Shown here in pieces: positions 11,509 through 22,852 of a stretch of DNA of 64,000 nucleotides. The stretch spans positions 6,592,001-6,656,000 of the forward strand of contig JASGJH010000001.1 of the NCBI GenBank assembly GCA_047601445.1, in the 5' to 3' direction. The notes under the pieces are model-generated. The model saw only the letters and a list, made by a program, of their open reading frames with translations, did not search any database and was not told where the DNA came from. Position 1 is the first letter of the stretch. Each line of letters starts with the position of its first letter. Origin of the DNA: Myxococcales bacterium. GTDB lineage: Bacteria > Myxococcota_A > Polyangia > Polyangiales > DASUME01. The position numbers were made by a program, and so were the translations under genes.

Positions 11509-11652
11509 GGAGCCCGGTTGTGGCGTGAGGGGCTCGGCCGGTCAAGAAAATGGGGTGAACGAGTGGCGGAGGCAGCCAGGGCTCAGTGGTTTGCGAGTCG
11601 CCAAGACTCGATTGCGGCCCATTTGTGGAACTGGCAATTGTTGCCTCGAATC

Positions 11653-12060
11653 ATGCGACCGCCAGGTGCGCCCGTTCTTCTGTGCTTGTTGACACTCGGC
11701 TTACTGTCATGTCGTGCGCCCGTTGCGACGACCACGGCTGCAAGCAGGCGCGCGGTTCTCGAGTGCATGTGGGTCACTCGCTCAACCATGAAGATGGAGC
11801 GTTGCGAGGAGATCGCGAAAATCGAGGCCTGGTCATGGCAGGCGGACTCTCAGCCGCGTTCAGACGCAAAGCCGTTTGAGTGGCGATGTCCAGAGCTTGC
11901 CTACGTCGGTGGTGAGGAGGATGGCTGCCACATGCAATTCATGCGGGTCGTCGCTTGCGACGCAGTGTTGTTGCTGACATGCGAGGTATGTCCGAATCAC
12001 ATGCAATGCGGCGACGGGGGAGAGCAAGGGGAAGCCCCAGCATCGTTCGAGCGCGGGTAG
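11653..12060 (+). CDS. Hypothetical Cys-rich lipoprotein
   Basis: MRPPGAPVLLCLLTLGLLSC lipobox-like signal, several Cys; atypical codon usage. Confidence 0.45.
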   Translation: MRPPGAPVLLCLLTLGLLSCRAPVATTTAASRRAVLECMWVTRSTMKMERCEEIAKIEAWSWQADSQPRSDAKPFEWRCPELAYVGGEEDGCHMQFMRVVACDAVLLLTCEVCPNHMQCGDGGEQGEAPASFERG

Positions 12061-12418
12061 CGCTGGAACGGACTATCAAGTCTTAGGGTGAGTGCGTCCG
12101 CAGCTTCGACCATTCAGGTCGCCAACCAGAAGAGTCGCTGAGCTACGTGCTGCTAGTGACCGGTCAGAAATGCAGTCACCTTGGGTCGTGGGGGGCGTTG
12201 TCCCGCGGAGCAACAGGATGATTGCGGCGGTCACCAGGCGTGTCGCCCGCAAGAGACCGGCGCTTCGACCGTGGGCAGTCGACCGCGGGTCCACGACGCG
12301 CGCCGGCGACGGCGGCTCCCCGCCGAGTGGGGTGCTGCCATCCCCTGGACGAGGGCCGGCCCGCTCTTGGGGGCCAGGAAAGCGTCGTTCGGGCTCTTGT
12401 CGACTGCCTGTAACGGGG

Positions 12419-12446
12419 TTGACGGGGGTGATGAACTGGTTACGTT
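12419..12446 (+). promoter_or_regulatory. Candidate sigma70-type promoter for dnaK
   Basis: TTGACG-16 nt-TACGTT, about 120 nt upstream of the ATG. Confidence 0.45.
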
Positions 12447-12566
12447 GGGCCCTGATTTGGGGCTTTCGGCGGACTCCCAAGGGAAACCCGCCGGGATCAC
12501 ACCGGTTCGTAAGTGATGTCCAAGCGGTCGCCAATGTGCGGCGCTGGGCGAAGGAAGGGTTTTCAC

Positions 12567-14483
<1,917 letters not shown>

Positions 14484-14513
14484 GCAGCGGCTCCCAGTCC
14501 TGACCCCCCTCAC

Positions 14514-14556
14514 TCCGCGGCCCGCGCGTCTCGCTCGGGTCGCGGAAGCGCTTTCT
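14514..14556 (+). terminator. Hairpin after dnaK, possible terminator
   Basis: 11-bp stem TCCGCGGCCCG/CGGGTCGCGGA with weak T tail. Confidence 0.35.
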
Positions 14557-14839
14557 GCACGGATTCGCCCAGGCACCGGCCCTGGCCCGGGTCGGATTCG
14601 CCTGGCCCCCCACGGCCCTCGAACCCCGGACATGCTAGGAAGGACGCCCGGAGCGGCTCCGGAGCGGCGGAACGTCCGCTTCGGCTTGAATGGGCTAGGC
14701 GCAAGACCCGCGCCTGTTTGCAACAAATTCCGCTCGATTCTCGGACTTTCGGTGCTGGCGCATTGCGAAACGCCGCTGAGCGAGTACCGATAGGCCCCGA
14801 AAAGCGGGCTCAGCGGCATCAACAGACGAAGAGAACGGT

Positions 14840-16933
<2,094 letters not shown>

Positions 16934-16972
16934 TCCGCTGAGCGCCAGGTCGCACCAGCGCTTCGCAGCATG

Positions 16973-17004
16973 ACGCCAGGGTCCGCGAGGGCTCTGGCGT
17001 TTTG
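16973..17004 (+). terminator. Intrinsic terminator
   Basis: ACGCCAGGGTCC-GCGA-GGGCTCTGGCGT followed by TTTGCATTT. Confidence 0.75.
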
Positions 17005-17052
17005 CATTTCAGTCGTGTGACGCTGGCCTCTTCACCCGAGCTCTAGTCTGGA

Positions 17053-18156
17053 TTGGTCTGGTATCAGGCCAGGAGCGTTTGGTACCGTCGGCGAGCTTTG
17101 GGAAGTTCATCTCGGATCGAATCTCGGGTTCCTCAGTACCGCGCGTTCGTGCGCTCGGAGTTGCGACGCCTGGGAGTGCCCGTCGTGGACCTCAACGACC
17201 TGGAGCAAGAGGTCTGGCTGCTGGGGCTATCACGCTCCGAGAGCTTCGCCGAACAAGCCTCCATCCCCGGCTGGCTGCCAAGCGTCTGCAGCCGCGTGGC
17301 CCAGGCGCATTGGAGCGAACCGACCCCGGTGCCGCGTGTCGGCGCCGACCTGCACGTCGAGCCCGAGCAGGTCGAGTTCGTCGAGCGCGAGTTGGATGAG
17401 CTCAGGGTCGCCAGCGCCCTCGATCGGCTGAGCGAGAAGCAGGCCGATGTGCTCGCGCTTTACGCGAGCGGTGAGCTCTCGATGCGCGAGGTGGCGGCGC
17501 AGCTAGGTGAGTCCGAAAAGACCGTCTATTCACGCTACCGCACTGCCATTGAGGACGTGACCCGCGAGCTACGCCGCGGCGATATCGTGATCCCACGGCG
17601 CTCGAGTCGGCCTTCCGGCTCCTACCCAGTGGCGACCCAGCCCGAGTTCGCTGCGCAGGAGCGCGCGGCCGACCAGGGTGCGCTCATCGTCGTACGGGCC
17701 GATCGCGAGCTCTCGATTGGCCGCGTGGGGAACGTCCTGCTCGTTCACTACCGGAAGCGGTTTTACGAGAGCAGCGTGGAGACCGTGGCCTCTGTGCTCG
17801 AGACGGCTCACCAGCGCCTCGGGGTGCCGCTCGTGATGCTCAACACGGGAAACCCTGATCTCGCATTGCCCAACGCCGCGGAACGCCGCGCGCTGTTTCA
17901 CCACGCGCGCGCCAGCTCGCCGTGCCTAGAAATGGTCGTGGACGTCGCCAACGGCCATCCTCTGGCTCAGGTTTTTGCCTCCATCGTGAGCGGCATCCTG
18001 CTGTTGTCGCGCTCCTATCTGCATCATTCGTTCGCCATGGTTGCCACGCTGGACGATGCGCGGCGCTGGATTGAGCCCCGCGCCCGCACGGTCCACGGGG
18101 CGCTCGCTTGGGACGACGTCGCGCGGGGCATGCGCGCTGTGAGCCAGGTGGGGTAA
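17053..18156 (+). CDS. ECF-type sigma factor with C-terminal STAS/SpoIIAA-like extension (start uncertain)
   Basis: Region 2 FVRSELRRLGVP..DLEQEVW; region 4 ALDRLSEKQ..LSMREVAAQLGESEKTVYSR; ~160-aa extra C-terminal alpha/beta domain. Confidence 0.7.
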   Translation: MVWYQARSVWYRRRALGSSSRIESRVPQYRAFVRSELRRLGVPVVDLNDLEQEVWLLGLSRSESFAEQASIPGWLPSVCSRVAQAHWSEPTPVPRVGADLHVEPEQVEFVERELDELRVASALDRLSEKQADVLALYASGELSMREVAAQLGESEKTVYSRYRTAIEDVTRELRRGDIVIPRRSSRPSGSYPVATQPEFAAQERAADQGALIVVRADRELSIGRVGNVLLVHYRKRFYESSVETVASVLETAHQRLGVPLVMLNTGNPDLALPNAAERRALFHHARASSPCLEMVVDVANGHPLAQVFASIVSGILLLSRSYLHHSFAMVATLDDARRWIEPRARTVHGALAWDDVARGMRAVSQVG

Positions 18157-18317
18157 GTGCGCGGGGCAGGGCTGCGGAGGGGGCGGGGGCCCCTCGAGTG
18201 CGTATTCGCGGGCGCCTGTGGGCCGAATTGGGAGCGTGCTTCGGACTCGCAAAAATCGACCTCCCACGCTTCGTTTTTCTCAACGCGATCGTGTCCGCAG
18301 GTGTTTAAGCGGCGAAC

Positions 18318-18917
18318 ATGCCGTCCACGGACCGAGCCACGCTGAAGCTCTTGCGCGCCCAAGGGGTGCCGCTCGAGGAGCGCGACGACGACGCCCTGAT
18401 GCAGCTGAGCCGCGCCGGGGTGATGGCGGCCTGGGAGGTCCTGGTGCGACGTCACCAGGGGGCGCTGCGCGGCTACTGCGCGCGCGTCTGTGGGTCCGCG
18501 CTCGGGGATGAGGTCGCCCAGGAGGTCCTCCTCGCGGTGTGGGCCGAGCGCGAGCGCTATCAGGCCCAGGGGCGCTTTCGGGCGTACCTCTTTCTCGTGG
18601 CTGCACGGCGGGCGCGCAATGCTCTGCGAAGTCACAAGCGGGCCTCGGAGCGCGGCCAGGCGGCGGTGCCCGTGGACTTCGCTGACCCACTTCAGCTCGA
18701 CATGTTGCTGGCGCGGGAGCGTGAGCGACGGCTCTTCGGGCTGCTCGAGAAGCTCCCCGAGGACCAACGTGCCTCGCTTCTGCTGCGCTACGCAGCGGAG
18801 CTCGACTACGACGAAATCGCGCTGGTCGTCGAGCGCCCTTCGGCGACCGTGCGCTCGCGGGTGTTTCTCGGCCTCAAGCGTTTGCGGCAACTGCTGCAGG
18901 GAAAGGAGCTGCCATGA
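18318..18917 (+). CDS. ECF RNA polymerase sigma factor
   Basis: DEVAQEVLL..FRAYLFLVA..; LPEDQRASLLLRY..YDEIA..TVRSRVFLG. Confidence 0.92.
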   Translation: MPSTDRATLKLLRAQGVPLEERDDDALMQLSRAGVMAAWEVLVRRHQGALRGYCARVCGSALGDEVAQEVLLAVWAERERYQAQGRFRAYLFLVAARRARNALRSHKRASERGQAAVPVDFADPLQLDMLLARERERRLFGLLEKLPEDQRASLLLRYAAELDYDEIALVVERPSATVRSRVFLGLKRLRQLLQGKELP

Positions 18918-19753
18918 ATTGCCCCGGCGAAGATCGTCTTCTGCTGGAGCTTTTGGGTGAGCTCAGCGTCAACGAATCGAGCGAGCTCGAGCGACATCGG
19001 CAGGGCTGTGCGAGCTGTGCGGGAATACGTCTGGAGTATCGGCAGCTGAGCGCGAGCTTGAGCTCGCCAGCGCCTTGCGGGCAGTCCGATGATGCGTTCG
19101 TCGCACGCGTGATGGAGCGAACGCGGGAACTCGCGCTGTTGAAGGGAGAGTCGCGCAGGCCCGAGAGCGGCCGGTCGCGCTTGGCCGTCAGGCTCGGGGC
19201 CGTGGCGCTTGGGGTGGCTGCCGCCGCGAGCCTGGCGCTCTGGCACGGTAGGCCGCTCGAGGAGCACTTCGCGGCGCGCGGAGCAAAGGTCGCGCGCGAA
19301 CATGCAGTCAGCGCTCACGCGAGTCTGTTCTTGGTGCGCCAAGGCGTGGCACGGCCGCTCGAAGGAGCGGAGCTGCAGGCCGGAGACGGCTTGGCCGTGC
19401 GGTGTTCCAACCCAGGGCGGACGGCGCGCTATCTGGCAGTCTTCGTGGTCGACACGGCGCGCGAGGTGCACTGGATCTATCCCTCCTACGTCGATGCGAA
19501 CTCTGCGCCCGAGTCGCTCCGGCTCGAGCCCGGCGCGCATGAGCGCTTGCTGCCCGAGATCGTCGAGCCCGAGTTGCCGGCGATGGGTCCCATGCAAGCG
19601 TTCGCGCTGTTCACGGCCGAGCCAGTGAGCGTTCGCGACGTCGAGGCTCAGCTCTCCCGCATCAGTGGAGGGCAGGATGTGAGGGCGCTCTTGGGCAAGG
19701 TGTATCGCGGCAGTCAGGTTCAGCGATGGAGCGCAACATGGAGCCGAAAATGA
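18914..19753 (+). CDS. Zinc-binding (ZAS) anti-sigma factor with TM helix and DUF4384-like extracytoplasmic domain
   Basis: HRQGCASC (HxxxCxxC), TM LGAVALGVAAAASLALW, LQAGDGL..YLAVFVVD..VHWIYP; ATGA overlap with the sigma gene. Confidence 0.8.
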   Translation: MNCPGEDRLLLELLGELSVNESSELERHRQGCASCAGIRLEYRQLSASLSSPAPCGQSDDAFVARVMERTRELALLKGESRRPESGRSRLAVRLGAVALGVAAAASLALWHGRPLEEHFAARGAKVAREHAVSAHASLFLVRQGVARPLEGAELQAGDGLAVRCSNPGRTARYLAVFVVDTAREVHWIYPSYVDANSAPESLRLEPGAHERLLPEIVEPELPAMGPMQAFALFTAEPVSVRDVEAQLSRISGGQDVRALLGKVYRGSQVQRWSATWSRK

Positions 19754-21669
19754 GCCGCGTCTGGTTCGCATACGCATGGCTGTTGGGCTCCTGGTTCGTG
19801 GTGAGCTCGGGCCGCGCCCAAAACGTCGACACCTTCGCCTTGATCATCACCAACAACCGCAGCATTTCGGGGTCACAGCCCGATTTGCAGTACGCCGACG
19901 ACGACGGCGCTCGCTATTTTCGGCTGTTCAGCAGCGTCGGCAATCATGCGCAGGCACGGCTCCTCACGCGCTTCGATCGGGCCTCCTTGGCCGCTTATCC
20001 TGGGTTGGTTTCCGTGGCACGCGCTCCGACGACTGCGGAGGTAATGCGTGCTCGTGACGAGCTTGCGAAGGCCATCGAACAAGCTCGCGCGGCGGGCCAG
20101 CTGACCCGGCTCTACGTGATCTACGCGGGCCATGGCGACGTGCTCGATGGGCGCGGTGTGCTGGAGCTCGAGGACGCGCAGATCGATGGAGCATTCGTGG
20201 AGCGCGAGCTGCTCGACCGGCTCGCCGCCGACGAGAAGCACGTGATTTTGGACAGCTGCAACTCGTTCTTCGTGATGAATCCCCGCAAGCCCGGGGGACG
20301 ACGCTGGGCGACGCCCGAGGACATGGCGCTCGGCTTTTCAACGCGGCACCCGGAGGTCGGGCTGTTCTTGTCGACCAACAGTGAGAGCGAGGTGTTCGAA
20401 TGGTCCGAGCTCGAGTCGGGTGTGTTCAGCCACGAGGTGCGCTCGGGCTTGAGCGGTGCGGCCGATGTCGATGGCAACGGCAGTGTCAGCTACGTGGAGC
20501 TCGCCGGTTTCATCGAGCACGCCAACCTCGGCATTGCTCGCGAGGGCTTGCGGCCGCATTTGTTCTTCCGCGGTCCCAGCGGAGATCGCCACGCGCCCAT
20601 CTTCTCCAACCGTGAGTTGCGCGGACGCAAGGTCGAGCTCGCCACGGCGCAGACCCGCATGTGGGTGAAGACGGCGAGCGGAGAGCGCTTGCTCGACCTG
20701 CACAAGGAAGAGGGACCCATGACGTTGGTGGTCCCGGAGGGCGAGGGTGAGCTCTCGGCGTACGTGCAGACCACCGAGCCCCAACAGGGCTCGCGCGGCG
20801 CTGCGCGCACCGTGGTCGCGGAGTACTCCCTGCAAGCAGGTGACGGTCCCGTGCAGCTCGCCAGCTTGGTCGCGGCACCACCGCAGGTCGTCGCGCGCGG
20901 ACAGCGCCTGTTCGGGGAGTTGTTCGCGCTGCCGTATGGGCCTGTCGCCCTGGGCAAGTTCGAGCAGGCTACCGACGATCTCCAGGCCAAGCCCGTCTAT
21001 GGCGTGACCTCAGACGACCTGACGCGCATGGGACACTACCTCGAAGAGTTCGCATACTATGGCCGCACGCGGCGCACGCGCACCGCCACCCTGCTATTCG
21101 GCTATTCGGCCCTGGCCCTGGTCCCGGCTGTGGCCGCGGCGGCTACCTGCGAAGGCGAGATCTGCAAAGGAGACGTCGGCGTTTTCGCCCTGATGGGCGG
21201 CCTTTCGGCCAGCTTCATGGCCGGAGGACTGACGGCAGCATTGCGCTCCAGTCACGGCGAGCGTGCCCTGGTAAGTTTCAGAGCGGAGGTTACACGCGGC
21301 CCGGTCCAGGGGGCCCGCGCCTTTGCGGAGACCGACGCACTCCTGGAGCGGATGGCCACGCGAGAGCGTCGACGGCGCTACACGGCGTTGTTCTTTTTGC
21401 AGGGCACCGCCCTCGTCATGCTCGCCGGGGGCATCGTGGATGCGCGGGCCTTGGCCCATTCCTACGATCCGCCAGGAGGACCCCAGCTTGCGCTGACCAT
21501 GTTCGCGGGGTCGGGGCTCATGTCAGCGTTGGGGTTTATCGTGGGGCTGACCAAGAGTCCCGCCGAGCGCATGCTCAAGCTCTATCGCGACGATCCCAAG
21601 ATCCAGTGGAGCATGTCGCCGAGCCTGTCCACCACCGCAGCTGGCCTGCAGTTCAAGGGCTCGTTTTGA
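19750..21669 (+). CDS. Exported caspase-like (peptidase C14) protein with C-terminal hydrophobic helices
   Basis: Signal peptide; LQYADDD, YAGHG (His 20131), LDSC (Cys 20257), ADVDGNGSVSYVEL; four hydrophobic segments; ATGA overlap. Confidence 0.85.
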   Translation: MSRVWFAYAWLLGSWFVVSSGRAQNVDTFALIITNNRSISGSQPDLQYADDDGARYFRLFSSVGNHAQARLLTRFDRASLAAYPGLVSVARAPTTAEVMRARDELAKAIEQARAAGQLTRLYVIYAGHGDVLDGRGVLELEDAQIDGAFVERELLDRLAADEKHVILDSCNSFFVMNPRKPGGRRWATPEDMALGFSTRHPEVGLFLSTNSESEVFEWSELESGVFSHEVRSGLSGAADVDGNGSVSYVELAGFIEHANLGIAREGLRPHLFFRGPSGDRHAPIFSNRELRGRKVELATAQTRMWVKTASGERLLDLHKEEGPMTLVVPEGEGELSAYVQTTEPQQGSRGAARTVVAEYSLQAGDGPVQLASLVAAPPQVVARGQRLFGELFALPYGPVALGKFEQATDDLQAKPVYGVTSDDLTRMGHYLEEFAYYGRTRRTRTATLLFGYSALALVPAVAAAATCEGEICKGDVGVFALMGGLSASFMAGGLTAALRSSHGERALVSFRAEVTRGPVQGARAFAETDALLERMATRERRRRYTALFFLQGTALVMLAGGIVDARALAHSYDPPGGPQLALTMFAGSGLMSALGFIVGLTKSPAERMLKLYRDDPKIQWSMSPSLSTTAAGLQFKGSF

Positions 21670-21734
21670 GGGCCGCTCACCAGGACCACGCACGCGCTGC
21701 GGCAGGGCCGCGTAGCGCGCGGTAGGCTCGCTGC

Positions 21735-22334
21735 ATGAAGCAGGTCTGGCCAGCGCCCGAGCGCAACAAGGGACCCATCCTCGAGGTGCTCGAGCGGGTC
21801 TTTCCGCGTCATGGTCGGGTCCTCGAAATTGCGAGCGGGAGCGGGCAGCACGCGGTGCATTTTGCCCGGTCCCTTTCCGGGCTCGAATGGGTGCCCAGTG
21901 ATTGCGACCCCGAGAACCTGGCGAGCATCCGCGCCTGGGTGAGCGAGGCCGCGCTGCCGAACCTGCGCGAGCCCCTCGTCATCGACGTGCTCGCCGCAGA
22001 TTGGGGGCTCCCGTCCGGCTCGTGCGACGCGCTCTTCAACGCGAACATGGTCCACATCGCACCCTGGGCGTGCTGCCAGGGGCTGATGCGGGGAGCGGGG
22101 GCGGTCCTCGAGTCGGGCGCCGTGTTCGTGCTCTACGGCCCATTTCGCATCGGCGGTGCCCACACCTCGCAGAGCAACGAGGAGTTCGACGTCGGTCTGC
22201 GCGCACGCCAGCCGACCTGGGGGGTGCGCGACCTGGAGGCCGTGGTGGAGGAGGGCGCTCGCAACGGCCTGGCGTTCGAGGAGCGCGTGCAGATGCCGGC
22301 CAACAACCAGAGCCTGATATTTCGCAGGACCTGA
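21735..22334 (+). CDS. DUF938 family SAM-dependent methyltransferase
   Basis: APERNKGPIL, LEIASGSGQH, ANMVHIAPW, LYGPF, WGVRD, MPANN. Confidence 0.9.
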   Translation: MKQVWPAPERNKGPILEVLERVFPRHGRVLEIASGSGQHAVHFARSLSGLEWVPSDCDPENLASIRAWVSEAALPNLREPLVIDVLAADWGLPSGSCDALFNANMVHIAPWACCQGLMRGAGAVLESGAVFVLYGPFRIGGAHTSQSNEEFDVGLRARQPTWGVRDLEAVVEEGARNGLAFEERVQMPANNQSLIFRRT

Positions 22335-22391
22335 GGCGCTCAGCGGCTGGCCCACGCTAGCTGCGGCCTTTTGCCGCGCCGCGTGCAGCAC

Positions 22392-22763
22392 TCACATGCG
22401 GCCGCCGAGCGGGTTGTAGTTGTTGAGCTGGTTGTCCTGCGGCAGGAAGTCGGTCGGGGTCTTGGGCGGAGGCGGCGCCTGACAGCGATTGAGGCCTTCG
22501 TTGCAGACGGTGTTGCCTGGGCAACCGTCGCCGCACTTTTTGACCTCGCAGAAGCCGGTCTCCATGTTGCAGAAGCTGCCGTAGGGACAGCCCTGAAACC
22601 TGCAGCCGGTGCTGGCCTGAGCCACCACGGCGACCGCGGCATTGGTGAGGGCGAGACCGGGTGATCCGCTCGCCAGGGTAGCTTGGGTGGTGGCAGCGCC
22701 GCAGCCAGCGGTACTGACCCAAATCGCCCAACCTAGCGCTAACGCACGCAAATAGAGGGCCAT
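22392..22763 (-). CDS. Small Cys-rich lipoprotein
   Basis: Lipobox-like TAGC; two CP....CN....C repeats. Confidence 0.7.
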   Translation of the reverse strand: MALYLRALALGWAIWVSTAGCGAATTQATLASGSPGLALTNAAVAVVAQASTGCRFQGCPYGSFCNMETGFCEVKKCGDGCPGNTVCNEGLNRCQAPPPPKTPTDFLPQDNQLNNYNPLGGRM

Positions 22764-22852
22764 GGAGAAACCCTAGCATGCTCCTCCGGGAGGCTCCCGG
22801 GCCCAGTTCGGTGACTCGCCCTGGGGCCTGGATATGGCATCATCCGGCCTCC

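Noticed and set aside
12061..12566. CIRCE element or protein-coding ORFs upstream of dnaK
   Set aside because: No TTAGCACTC-N9-GAGTGCTAA seen; ORFs 12076-12534 and 12092-12655 lack motifs and codon bias
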